Part shown: piece after piece, positions 8,591-17,408 of the stretch
Numbering within the stretch: position 1 is the stretch's first letter
Layout of the letters: each line of letters begins with the position of its first letter
NCBI GenBank assembly: GCA_046260175.1
Contig: JBHEPS010000003.1
Location: 20,944-65,288 of the forward strand
DNA: 44,345 nucleotides
DNA from: Thermoanaerobaculia bacterium
Lineage (GTDB): Bacteria > Acidobacteriota > Thermoanaerobaculia > Gp7-AA8
Reading direction: 5' to 3'
The notes under the pieces: model-generated
What the model was told of the DNA's origin: nothing
Databases searched by the model: none
What the model saw: only the letters and a program-made list of their open reading frames with translations
Position numbers and translations under genes: made by a program

Positions 8591-9616
8591 ATGCCAATGA
8601 CGACGATTCGCTGCCCGGAATGCCAGAGCCTCAGTCAGGAAGACGCGATTGCCTGCGAACGCTGCGGGTTGCTGTTTCTCCATCGAGAGGCGCCTCGCCG
8701 TCGCCAGGAGGACTTCGTGGTCCGCGGGCGGCGGGCCAGCGATCAGGCCCTGCAGGACTGCCCCTGGTGCCTTGCGAAAATCGAGGAAGAAGCCGTCCGC
8801 TGCCGGCACTGCGGGCAGATCGTCGACGAGGAGTTTCGCAGGGAGCAGGCGCGCAAACGTCGCGAGAAGATCAACTATGCGAGCTGGGTGGCCTACGTTT
8901 TCGGTCTGGTCACCCTTCTCCTGTTCAAGCCGGTGGGACTGATCTCGATCGGAGCCGGACTCCTGCTGTCGATCCTCTACTACGCAATCCCGTCCGAAGG
9001 GCTCGATCGGGCCATCGAAGGAGAGTCCCGCTTCCGTCGCTGGAAGCGAAGCCTTCGCTCGCAGATGAAGTTCGAGAAGGTCACCATGCCGATGCCGGCG
9101 TTCAGGAAGGCGAAGATCGTCTTCATCGGAACGCCGGTCCTGGCGACGATCATCGGCTATCTGGCGAATTTCCTTCTCCTTCAGCAGCCGATGAACGAGA
9201 TCCTCAAGGGGAACACCGCCTTCGCCGGCATGACGGTTTCGGCGCATTACGAGTACTGGATCGTCCCGGGAGCCATCGTGTACGACCTGAAGGGGCTCGG
9301 CTCCCAGAGCACTCCCCTCGAAGTTCACACGGCATTTCTCGAGTACGCCCGGAAGATGCAGGACCGGGAGTTCGAGCGGGTCTCTCTGCGCTGGCAGGGA
9401 GATGAGCGCTTCTCACTCGACGGTGAGAACTTCCGTCGTGCCGGCGTCGAGTACGCCCAGCAGAACTTCTCCTGGGTGCTGTTCGACCTTCCCCGCCTCT
9501 TCCAGCCGGCCAGGGGAGCGGCGGCGCCCGAGGATACCGCTCAAGCCGACGCGCTCATGGATTTCCACCGGCGCTGGTACGCCCCCGACCTGGGAAGCTC
9601 TGCAGCTCGGCAATAA
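8591..9616 (+). CDS. Double zinc-ribbon membrane protein with a C-terminal soluble domain of unknown function
   Basis: CPEC..CERC and CPWC..CRHC pairs; about three hydrophobic TM segments. Confidence 0.7.
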   Translation: MPMTTIRCPECQSLSQEDAIACERCGLLFLHREAPRRRQEDFVVRGRRASDQALQDCPWCLAKIEEEAVRCRHCGQIVDEEFRREQARKRREKINYASWVAYVFGLVTLLLFKPVGLISIGAGLLLSILYYAIPSEGLDRAIEGESRFRRWKRSLRSQMKFEKVTMPMPAFRKAKIVFIGTPVLATIIGYLANFLLLQQPMNEILKGNTAFAGMTVSAHYEYWIVPGAIVYDLKGLGSQSTPLEVHTAFLEYARKMQDREFERVSLRWQGDERFSLDGENFRRAGVEYAQQNFSWVLFDLPRLFQPARGAAAPEDTAQADALMDFHRRWYAPDLGSSAARQ

Positions 9617-9619
9617 ACC

Positions 9620-10243
9620 TCACGCGCGCGCCAGGTATCCCTTCTTCTCCAGCTCCCGCAGCAGGTCGGCGGCCGAGGTGAACTGAAAGGCCTCGATCCC
9701 GGCGTTTCGGGCGGCCGTGACGTTCTCGGCGAGATCGTCGGTGAACAGGACCTTGTCCGCGGTCGTGCCGAGCGTTTCGAGCGTGCGGTGATAGATCTCG
9801 GGATCGGGCTTGGCGCATTTGAGCCGATGCGAGAAGACGAACACGTCGTTCCGGTCGAACAGCGATCCGAACAGACGGGGGATCACGTCGGCATGCACCT
9901 CGTTGGAGTTCGAGAGAAATGCGACGCGGTAGCGATCCCGGGCACGGCGCAACACTTCTTCGATCCCTTCCACGGTTCCGGCGAAGAAATCGCCCCAGAC
10001 CTTGCGGAAGGTGCGCAGATCCTCTCTGTAGCCGATGCGCTCGCGGAGGAACTGATGAAAATCGCGGAAAGAGATGAGTCCCCGCTCCAGGTCGCGGTAG
10101 CTCCCCGGCGCGTCCATCAATTCGATCAGTTCCTCCCGCCCGGCGCGCGACTTACTCTCGATCCGCTCCAGCACCCGATCGTAGTCGAGCCGGATCAGGA
10201 CGTTGCCCAGATCGAAAAGAAACCACTCGTGGCCGGATTGCAT
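9620..10243 (-). CDS. HAD-family phosphatase (YihX-like)
   Basis: 'FDLGNVL', 'LSNSN', 'KPDPEIY', 'FTDD..ENV..A'; real start ATG 10243 immediately after the upstream stop. Confidence 0.88.
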   Translation of the reverse strand: MQSGHEWFLFDLGNVLIRLDYDRVLERIESKSRAGREELIELMDAPGSYRDLERGLISFRDFHQFLRERIGYREDLRTFRKVWGDFFAGTVEGIEEVLRRARDRYRVAFLSNSNEVHADVIPRLFGSLFDRNDVFVFSHRLKCAKPDPEIYHRTLETLGTTADKVLFTDDLAENVTAARNAGIEAFQFTSAADLLRELEKKGYLARA

Positions 10244-10245
10244 CG

Positions 10246-11853
10246 TCACATCCTGAAGATGCCGAACCGCGGCTCTTCGATCGGTGCATTGTAGGCCGTC
10301 GATAGCCCGAGACCGAGAACGAGCCGGGTGTCGGCCGGATCGATGATCCCGTCGTCCCAGAGCCGCGCCGTCGAGTAGTACGGGCTTCCCTCGGTCTCGT
10401 ACTTGGCCAGCACAGGGTCCGCGATCGCGCGTTCCTCTTCGGCCGAAAAGCCCTTCCCTTCCCTCTCGGCCTGTTCCTTCTTCACGGTGACGAGCACTCC
10501 GGAAGCCTGCTCGCCTCCCATCACGCTGATCCGCGCGTTCGGCCACATCCAGAGAAAACGGGGATCGTAGGCACGACCGCACATCCCGTAGTTTCCAGCG
10601 CCGAACGACCCTCCGATGATCACCGTGAACTTCGGCACGGTGGAGTTGGCGACCGCGTGGACCATCTTGGCTCCATCCTTCGCGATCCCTCCCCTCTCGT
10701 ACTGCTTTCCGACGATGAACCCCGTGATGTTCTGGAGAAAGACGAGGGGGATGCGCCGCAGGTTGCAGAGTTCGATGAAGTGCGTCGCCTTCAGGGCCGA
10801 CTCGCTGAAGAGGACTCCGTTGTTGGCGAGAATCCCGACCTCATAGCCCCAGATCCTGGCGAACCCGGTAACGAGCGTCGTCGCGTAGCGCTCCTTGAAC
10901 TCGTGAAAGCGCGACCCGTCGACGATCCGAGCGATCACCTCGCGGACGTCGTACGGTTTCCGGAGATCGGCCGGGATCACGCCGTAGATCTCCCGCGGAT
11001 CGTACGCCGGCTCCTCCGGATCCCGACGGCCTGCCGGCTCGACTTTCCGGTTCGGGATGCTCGCTACGATGTTGCGAAGGATCGAGATGGCGTGTGCGTC
11101 GTCATCGGCGAAATAGTCTGCCACGCCCGAGATCCTGGTGTGGACGTCGGCGCCGCCGAGCTCCTCCGCAGTCACATCCTCACCCGTCGCGGCCTTCACC
11201 AATGGCGGGCCGCCGAGAAAGATCGTCCCCGTTCCCTTGACGATGACAGCATCGTCCGACATGGCGGGGACGTAGGCTCCCCCCGCGGTGCAGGATCCCA
11301 TCACGGCCGAGATCTGAGGGATGCCCTTGGCCGACATCCGTGCCTGGTTGAAGAAGATCCGGCCGAAATGCTCGCGATCGGGGAACACTTCGGCCTGCAG
11401 CGGAAGGAACGCGCCTCCGGAGTCCACCAGATAGATGCAGGCAAGGCCGTTCATCTCCGCGATTTCCTGGGCGCGAAGATGTTTCTTGACCGTCATGGGG
11501 AAGTAGGTCCCCCCCTTCACGGTCGCATCGTTGGCGATGATCAGGCACTCGCGCCCTTCGACGCGGCCGACGCCGGTAATCAGCCCGGCACCCGGCGCTC
11601 CGTCGTCGTACATGCCATTCGCGGCCAGCGGAGAGAGCTCGAGGAAAGGCGTTTCGGGATCGAGCAGAAGCTCGATCCGCTCCCGCGCGGGAAGCTTCCC
11701 CTGCTCCCGGTGGCGTTCGAGATACTTAGGCCCTCCGCCCAGGCGCGCTTCGGCCAGCCTTTCGCGGAGCTCGCCGACGAGCCCTTCGATCCGCTCGGCG
11801 TTGCGGCGGAACTCTTCCGAGCTGGTCTGGAGATGCGATTCAATCGGTTCCAT
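10246..11853 (-). CDS. Acyl-CoA carboxylase carboxyltransferase subunit, methylcrotonyl-CoA carboxylase beta type
   Basis: 'NDATVKGG', 'DSGGAFLP', 'GSCTAGGAY', '[13 protein letters not shown]', 'ARLWDDG', C-terminal 'GIFRM'. Confidence 0.93.
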   Translation of the reverse strand: MEPIESHLQTSSEEFRRNAERIEGLVGELRERLAEARLGGGPKYLERHREQGKLPARERIELLLDPETPFLELSPLAANGMYDDGAPGAGLITGVGRVEGRECLIIANDATVKGGTYFPMTVKKHLRAQEIAEMNGLACIYLVDSGGAFLPLQAEVFPDREHFGRIFFNQARMSAKGIPQISAVMGSCTAGGAYVPAMSDDAVIVKGTGTIFLGGPPLVKAATGEDVTAEELGGADVHTRISGVADYFADDDAHAISILRNIVASIPNRKVEPAGRRDPEEPAYDPREIYGVIPADLRKPYDVREVIARIVDGSRFHEFKERYATTLVTGFARIWGYEVGILANNGVLFSESALKATHFIELCNLRRIPLVFLQNITGFIVGKQYERGGIAKDGAKMVHAVANSTVPKFTVIIGGSFGAGNYGMCGRAYDPRFLWMWPNARISVMGGEQASGVLVTVKKEQAEREGKGFSAEEERAIADPVLAKYETEGSPYYSTARLWDDGIIDPADTRLVLGLGLSTAYNAPIEEPRFGIFRM

Positions 11854-11868
11854 CGGATATCTCGGATA

Positions 11869-12273
11869 TCAGCGGGGGCGGACTGCCGCGCGGATCGCCT
11901 CGACGGCTTTTGCTGTCGGCGTTCCGGGAGGAAAGATGTCGTGGACTCCCATCTCGCGAAGCTTCTGGATGTCCTTGTCGGGGATGATCCCGCCTGCGAA
12001 TACGGGGATGTCCCCGGCGCCCTCTTCTTTCAGCTTCTTCAGGATTTCCGGAAACAGAACATTGTGCGCCCCGGAGAGAATGGACAGGCCGATCGCATCG
12101 ACGTCTTCCTGAATCGCCGCGGCGACGATCTGCTCCGGGGTCTGGCGCAGGCCCGTGTAGATGACCTCCATCCCGGCATCGCGGAGAGCGCGCGCGACGA
12201 CCTTGGCGCCCCGGTCGTGGCCGTCGAGGCCGGGCTTGGCGATCAGGACGCGGATTTTTCGTTCAGTCATCAT
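11869..12273 (-). CDS. Cobalamin-binding small subunit of an acyl-CoA mutase (methylmalonyl/isobutyryl-CoA mutase family)
   Basis: DxHxxG motif '[10 protein letters not shown]', 'GLSILSGAH', 'GGIIP'. Confidence 0.93.
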   Translation of the reverse strand: MMTERKIRVLIAKPGLDGHDRGAKVVARALRDAGMEVIYTGLRQTPEQIVAAAIQEDVDAIGLSILSGAHNVLFPEILKKLKEEGAGDIPVFAGGIIPDKDIQKLREMGVHDIFPPGTPTAKAVEAIRAAVRPR

Positions 12274-12875
12274 CAGGGCTCCGATTCATGCGATACGCGG
12301 TCCCTGAAAATGGAGTAGATCACGATGTCGTGGTAGACCCCTTCCCGATAGAACTCGCGCGCGAGTGTGCCTTCTTTGACGAAGCCATTGGCCTCGAGGA
12401 GATGTTTTGCTCTTTCGTTGTAGTCGAACACTTCGATGCGAAGCTTGAAAAGGTTCATCTCGTCGAACGCGAAGCGGGCGAGTGTTCTGATCGCGTCGCC
12501 GCCGAACCCCCGGTTCCAGGCGCTCGGCTCCCCGATGAAGAGGCCGAATCTCGCCCGACGGGATACCCAGTCCATGTCGTGGATCGAGGCGTTGCCGATG
12601 TGCTCGCGGTTGTCGCGGCGCTCGATCGCGAAGTGCCGTTCCGTGCTGGAGATCCGGACCGCCTGCTCGAGCCACTCCGCCTCCTTGAACAGGGGCATCG
12701 GATACCGCGACTTCAGCGTGCCGACGATCTGGGGGTCGTTCATCCACCGGTAGCAGCGGTCCAGATCCTCGGCGTCGAGGGCCCGCAGGATCACGTGCTC
12801 TCCGGCGATCATGAACCGTCGGCGGATTCCTTCGTCGCCTTCCGGGTAGAGATCTCTGTCGGTTCGATTCCCCAT
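12273..12875 (-). CDS. RimJ/RimL/SpeG-type GNAT acetyltransferase
   Basis: 'WNRGFG', 'FAFDEMNL', 'N..A...E..GF..EG'; TATAAT 10 nt before ATG 12875. Confidence 0.88.
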   Translation of the reverse strand: MGNRTDRDLYPEGDEGIRRRFMIAGEHVILRALDAEDLDRCYRWMNDPQIVGTLKSRYPMPLFKEAEWLEQAVRISSTERHFAIERRDNREHIGNASIHDMDWVSRRARFGLFIGEPSAWNRGFGGDAIRTLARFAFDEMNLFKLRIEVFDYNERAKHLLEANGFVKEGTLAREFYREGVYHDIVIYSIFRDRVSHESEP

Positions 12876-12947
12876 GGTTGGGCGGATTATATGAAGGGAA
12901 CGCCGCCGGGGCCAGATGCGCGGCACGATTTCTGCCTCCTGACCGCC

Positions 12948-13119
12948 TCGGACACTCCTTACGATATCCTTGCCGCCCACCGCGCCTCGACGCCCATTCG
13001 TGGCGGTCCGATGCGGAGGGTTCTCGGACGAGACACTCGAGAAAGCCGCGTGGATCTTCGACGACGTGCCGGAGATCGTAGAGAGGATTGACCAGATCGA
13101 TGAATACTTCCGCCGCTGA
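12948..13119 (+). pseudogene. 3' remnant of a HAD-family hydrolase gene, with a frameshift
   Basis: 'SDTPYDILAAHRASTP' (12948-12995), then +1 frame 'FVAVRCGGFSDETLEKAAWIFDDVPEIVERIDQIDEYFRR*' ending at TGA 13117-13119; resembles the HAD motif IV C-terminus. Confidence 0.7.
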
Positions 13120-14248
13120 GCGTCTCGCCCGAGTCCGCCCCGACGCTCTCGAGATTCACCGTCACGCGATCATCGTCGACGGCCACTGCGACACTCCCTA
13201 CAGACTCAAGCGTCACCAGATCGGAATCGCCGACGACGACAGCACCGCGCACGTCGATCTCGACTCACTCGTCGAGAGTGGAATGACCGCTTCCTTCTTC
13301 GCCGCCTACGTACCGCCCTTCTACGCGGGGCGGGGCGCCGCAGCATTCACGGATCTGATGATCGACATCATCGTGAGGGAAACGTCGCTCCACCCCAGCT
13401 CGCTCATCCCCGGGCGAAGCGTCGCCGACATCCGGCGGGCGAAGGAGCTCGGCCGCGTCGCCCTCATGATCGGCATCGAAGGAGGGCACGCCATCGAGGA
13501 CTCGCTCGAAACCCTCGAAAGGTTCTATGGACGGGGCGTGCGCTACATGACTCTCACTCACGTCAACACGAACAACTGGGCCGACTCTTCGACCGACGAG
13601 GCCCGTCATGGCGGGCTCACCTCGTTCGGTCGCGAGGTGGTCGGCACGATGAATCGGCTCGGCATGATGGTCGACATTTCTCACGTCGCCGACTCGACCT
13701 TCTATCACGCGCTCGAGGCGTCCTCCGTGCCAGTGATCGCGTCCCATTCCTCCTGCCGCGCGCTCACGCCTCACGCGCGGAACCTCTCGGACCAGATGCT
13801 CCGCGATCTCGCGCAGGTCCGCGGCGTCTGCATGATCAACTTCTACTCGGCATTCATCCACCGCGGTGTGATGGAGACGCTGCGTGACGCCCCGCGCCGC
13901 GCCGGAGCCGACCCACGACCCGGACCCAATGAAGAGCTTCCAGACGACCAGGAAGACTGGGCATCGTTCCGGGAGTGGTACCACTCCCTCGGCTGCCCGG
14001 AGGCGACCCTGACCGACGTTCTCGACCACGTCGTCCACGCTGCGGAAATCGCGGGCGTGGAGGCGGTGGGAATCGGTTCGGATTTCGACGGAGTTCCCGC
14101 GCTGCCGCAGGAGATTCCCGATATCCGCATGCTCCCGCTGCTGACCGAGGGGCTTCTGGATCGCGGCTTTCACCGGGCCGAAATCGAGGCGATTCTCGGA
14201 GGAAACCTGCTGCGTGTCTTCGGCGAGGCCGAGAGCGGCCGAAAGTAG
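13100..14248 (+). CDS. Membrane dipeptidase (peptidase M19)
   Basis: 'DGHCD', 'GIEGGH', 'LTH', 'VDISH', 'ASHS', 'RNLSD', 'GIGSDFDG'. Confidence 0.93.
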   Translation: MNTSAAERLARVRPDALEIHRHAIIVDGHCDTPYRLKRHQIGIADDDSTAHVDLDSLVESGMTASFFAAYVPPFYAGRGAAAFTDLMIDIIVRETSLHPSSLIPGRSVADIRRAKELGRVALMIGIEGGHAIEDSLETLERFYGRGVRYMTLTHVNTNNWADSSTDEARHGGLTSFGREVVGTMNRLGMMVDISHVADSTFYHALEASSVPVIASHSSCRALTPHARNLSDQMLRDLAQVRGVCMINFYSAFIHRGVMETLRDAPRRAGADPRPGPNEELPDDQEDWASFREWYHSLGCPEATLTDVLDHVVHAAEIAGVEAVGIGSDFDGVPALPQEIPDIRMLPLLTEGLLDRGFHRAEIEAILGGNLLRVFGEAESGRK

Positions 14249-14263
14249 CGCAAGCCTGGGGGA

Positions 14264-14986
14264 CTAGGGCGCCACCCGCGCGCGTTCGATCTCCTCTTCG
14301 AATGCGGCGAGCAATGCGTCCAGCCCTTCGATTCGCTCGACCTCACCCTCCGGCTGCTCCTTTCTCTCCGGGCTGGCGACGAAGAACCCGCGTCCGCGGG
14401 ACGCTGCGAAGGTCAGGGCTGCAAAATCCGTGAGGTCGTCACCGGCGTAGAGGATGCGCTTCGCGTCGAGGTGCTCCGCAAGCCAGCGGAGGACCTGGTT
14501 CTTCGAAGCGCCGGCGACCGAGGCTTCCGCGACCGCTCTGCCGCGGATGATCTCCAGGCCTTCCGCCTCGGCCCAATGCTCGAAGCGGCGGATGAGTGGG
14601 TGGTCGGCGTCGACATCCGGGAGTCCCCTCCAGTGAGCGGCGACCCCGAACCGTTTCCGTTCGAGTCGGATTCCGGCTCTCCCCGCCTCCTCGAGCCACG
14701 CCTGCGGCGGAGAACCGCTCCAGGGTTCGGCTCCCCGGATTCTCTTGCCGCCCGGAGCGACGATCTCGTGTCCGTGCGAACCGCTGTACCAGACGTCGAG
14801 CCCCCCGGCGCGCGAGCGGAGATCGTCGGAATCGCGGCCCGAGATCAGGGCCACGGCGATCTGGTCGACTCCCTGAGCCCGCCTGAGCAGATCGAGCGCG
14901 CGCGGATCGATGCGAACCGATTCGGGATCGTGGCGGATCGGCGCGAGCGTGCCGTCGAAATCGCTGGCGAGAAGAAGCAGCCCCAC
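14264..14986 (-). CDS. otsB: Trehalose-6-phosphate phosphatase
   Basis: HAD-IIB 'DFDGTL', 'ISGR', 'GSHG.E', 'GDDLTD'; adjacent to otsA. Confidence 0.9.
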   Translation of the reverse strand: MGLLLLASDFDGTLAPIRHDPESVRIDPRALDLLRRAQGVDQIAVALISGRDSDDLRSRAGGLDVWYSGSHGHEIVAPGGKRIRGAEPWSGSPPQAWLEEAGRAGIRLERKRFGVAAHWRGLPDVDADHPLIRRFEHWAEAEGLEIIRGRAVAEASVAGASKNQVLRWLAEHLDAKRILYAGDDLTDFAALTFAASRGRGFFVASPERKEQPEGEVERIEGLDALLAAFEEEIERARVAP

Positions 14987-14987
14987 G

Positions 14988-17186
14988 TCAGCGCCTCGTC
15001 GTCGGCGTCTCGCCAGGCGTCTGGTTCTGAAAGCCGGGCCGCCAGGTCCGCTGGTTCACTTCCCAGATCTCCGCCATGTCGGTGAGAAGGCTCGCCGACC
15101 AGTCGTAGATCGTGTTCGAGGCGACCGCCTGCCGCATCGACCGCATCCGGGCACGCTGTTCGTCGCGCGACATGTTGATGACGTGATACATCGCCTCTGC
15201 GAGCTCGGTCGTGTTGTAAGGATTGACCTGCAGCGCGCCTTCGAGCTCCTTGGCGGCTCCGGTGAACTGGCTGAGGATGAGCGCACCGTCCTCTTCCACG
15301 CGCGACGCGACGTACTCCTTCGCAACCAGATTCATCCCGTCGTGCAGCGGAGTGATCAGCGCACAATCCGCCATCGCGTAAAGCCGCCGGACTTCGTCGA
15401 AATTGCCGGTCCGCAGGTCGAACTGGACCGGCTCCCACCCGTCGCTTCCAAATCGGAGATTGAGCTCGGAGGCGGCTTCCTCGATCTCGCTGATCAGGTC
15501 CCGGTAGCGCTTGATGTGTGTGCGGCTCGGAGCCGCCAGGAGGTAGAGAATAACTTTCCCGATCAGCTCCGGGTGCCGGGTCAGGAGCGAGTCCATCGCC
15601 CAGATTCTCTCGATCAGCCCCTTCGTGTAGTCCGCGCGGTCGACGCCGGCGAAGACGAACATTCCCTCCAGGCCGAGCTCGCGCCTGTGGTCGCGCCCCT
15701 CGTCCGGCGTCGCGGCGGGATACGGCCACTGAACGCTGATCGGATACGGCTTTACCCGGGTCAGGTGCCCCCCGTACTCGACGGTCATGTCCTCCAGGTC
15801 GACTCGCGCTTCCAGGTATTTCTGGACCGTGTCGAGAAAGTTCAGACAGTGGTAGCGCGTGTGGAACCCGATCACGTCGGCGCCGAGCATCCCCGCGAGG
15901 ATCTCGCTCTTCCAGGGACAGATGCCCACGACTTCGCTGTTCGGCCATGGGATATGCCAGAACAGGCTGATGACCGTGTCGGGCGCGAGCTTTCGCAGCT
16001 CCGCCGGAAGCAGCGCGAAGTGGTAATCCTGGACGAGCACTAGGCCGCGAGCCCCCGCTTCCTCCGCGGTCACCTCGGCGAACCGGCGGTTGACGGTCGA
16101 GTAGGCCGCCCAATCCGTTTCGCGAAAAATGGGTCGCGCGTGCGCCGTGTGGCAAAGCGGCCAGAGCCCTTCGTTCGAGAAACCGTAGTAGTAGCCCTGC
16201 TCCTCCTTTTTCGTGAGCCACACCCTGCGGAGAACGTACTCGGGCGATTCCGGCGGCACGCCGAGACGCCCCTTCGCGTCCGCGGTTTCCCGGTCGGCCG
16301 ATCCGCTGCCGTGGCCCACCCAGACTCCTCCGCAAGCGCGCAGCAGCGGCTCGACCCCGGTCACGAGGCCACTCGCCGGCCGATTCACCACGATCTTGTC
16401 CCCTTCTCTCAGATGAATGAAGGGCTCGCGGTTGGCGACCAGCACCAACCGCGTGTCGGGCATGTCTTCTTCGACCAGACGGCGAAGCCGCGCGGGGCCT
16501 GATTCCGACGAGTCTTTCTCCGCCTGTCTTCTCCGCCTTTGCTCAACCGACTCATCCAGGCTCTGGATGAGGCTTCTGATATCGGAAGGGAGGTCGCGGG
16601 GGGGCTGCTCGCCATGCACGGCGCCCCGAAGCACGGCGGTGAACCGACTCCTGGCGTGGCGCCGCGCGGTACTCGAGATGAGCCAGAAGAGGACGCCCGC
16701 CAGAGCGCTCGCCGCGATGGCAGCGACGATCGAAAGCTCCGTGACCGTCCTGCCGCGGCGCGAAATCAGTCCCCGGTCCTGGACGATCACGAGATCGCTG
16801 CCATCGGGAAGCCGGTGGCCCGAAACGAAGAGCTCCTCGGAGCCGAACATGGCGTTCAGGCCCGTCCCGGCGGCGGCCGCTCCGCGGATCGGCGCGGATC
16901 CGCAGTCGATCCACCCTTCCAGCGCGGCGCTCGAGAGCTGCGTTTCCGTTCCCCGGCAGATGAGGAGTCCATGGACGCGCTCGTCTCTGGCAACCGTCTC
17001 GAAGCGGCTGGCCAGCTCCAAGGGAGGAGCGTCGGCGAGCAGCGTCGCGACAAGCTCCGAATTGCGGGCGAGGTCGCGGGTCTGCCAGTTGCGAATCCCC
17101 CGGCCGAGCCAGAAGAAGGCGGCGATGAGAAAAAGGGCCGTGGCAATGGTCAGAACGGCCAGGACGACGCGTTCATCGCGTCTCAT
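14988..17186 (-). CDS. otsA: Trehalose-6-phosphate synthase (GT20) with an N-terminal two-TM sensor-like extension
   Basis: 'VANREP', 'SGLVT', 'YYYGFSNEGLWPLCH', 'QDYH', 'HIPWP', 'DYTKG', 'DGMNLVAKEY'; two TMs in the first ~180 aa. Confidence 0.9.
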   Translation of the reverse strand: MRRDERVVLAVLTIATALFLIAAFFWLGRGIRNWQTRDLARNSELVATLLADAPPLELASRFETVARDERVHGLLICRGTETQLSSAALEGWIDCGSAPIRGAAAAGTGLNAMFGSEELFVSGHRLPDGSDLVIVQDRGLISRRGRTVTELSIVAAIAASALAGVLFWLISSTARRHARSRFTAVLRGAVHGEQPPRDLPSDIRSLIQSLDESVEQRRRRQAEKDSSESGPARLRRLVEEDMPDTRLVLVANREPFIHLREGDKIVVNRPASGLVTGVEPLLRACGGVWVGHGSGSADRETADAKGRLGVPPESPEYVLRRVWLTKKEEQGYYYGFSNEGLWPLCHTAHARPIFRETDWAAYSTVNRRFAEVTAEEAGARGLVLVQDYHFALLPAELRKLAPDTVISLFWHIPWPNSEVVGICPWKSEILAGMLGADVIGFHTRYHCLNFLDTVQKYLEARVDLEDMTVEYGGHLTRVKPYPISVQWPYPAATPDEGRDHRRELGLEGMFVFAGVDRADYTKGLIERIWAMDSLLTRHPELIGKVILYLLAAPSRTHIKRYRDLISEIEEAASELNLRFGSDGWEPVQFDLRTGNFDEVRRLYAMADCALITPLHDGMNLVAKEYVASRVEEDGALILSQFTGAAKELEGALQVNPYNTTELAEAMYHVINMSRDEQRARMRSMRQAVASNTIYDWSASLLTDMAEIWEVNQRTWRPGFQNQTPGETPTTRR

Positions 17187-17314
17187 CGGCCTGGTTCGGA
17201 CCTCGGCGTCGTTGTCAGGCGTGAATTCAGTCACAGGAAAGCGAGCCTGCGAAACACACGCCACCGGGCTCTACCGGAGCGGTCCCATCCGATCTTTCGG
17301 GAACTGATGCGAGG

Positions 17315-17347
17315 TGGGTAGGGACCGGCTGCGCCGGTCCCTACCCA
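17315..17347. terminator. Perfect 15-bp hairpin downstream of dacB (terminator or REP-like)
   Basis: TGGGTAGGGACCGGC-tgc-GCCGGTCCCTACCCA; no U-tract. Confidence 0.55.
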
Positions 17348-17408
17348 AGGTCGCGACGGAGGAACTATTCGTCATCGGTAGCGGAGGAAAAGATCCTCCG
17401 CCACACTT

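Noticed and set aside
7366-9405. 679-aa plus-strand ORF, and other long antisense or alternate-frame ORFs (e.g. 10657-12318, 14845-16335, 29150-30394)
   Set aside because: Shadow ORFs over well-supported genes, with Arg/Pro/Gly-rich composition typical of high-GC off-frames and no motifs
9620-10582. 320-aa version of the HAD gene
   Set aside because: The first ~110 codons overlap the carboxyltransferase in another frame; the HAD motif begins right after ATG 10243
14258-14269. Single GGGACTAGGG at the otsB stop
   Set aside because: One unit only; explained by the TAG stop codon and GC-rich context
17300-17405. tRNA or tRNA-Sec-like structure
   Set aside because: Two separate hairpins with no cloverleaf, T-loop or acceptor stem
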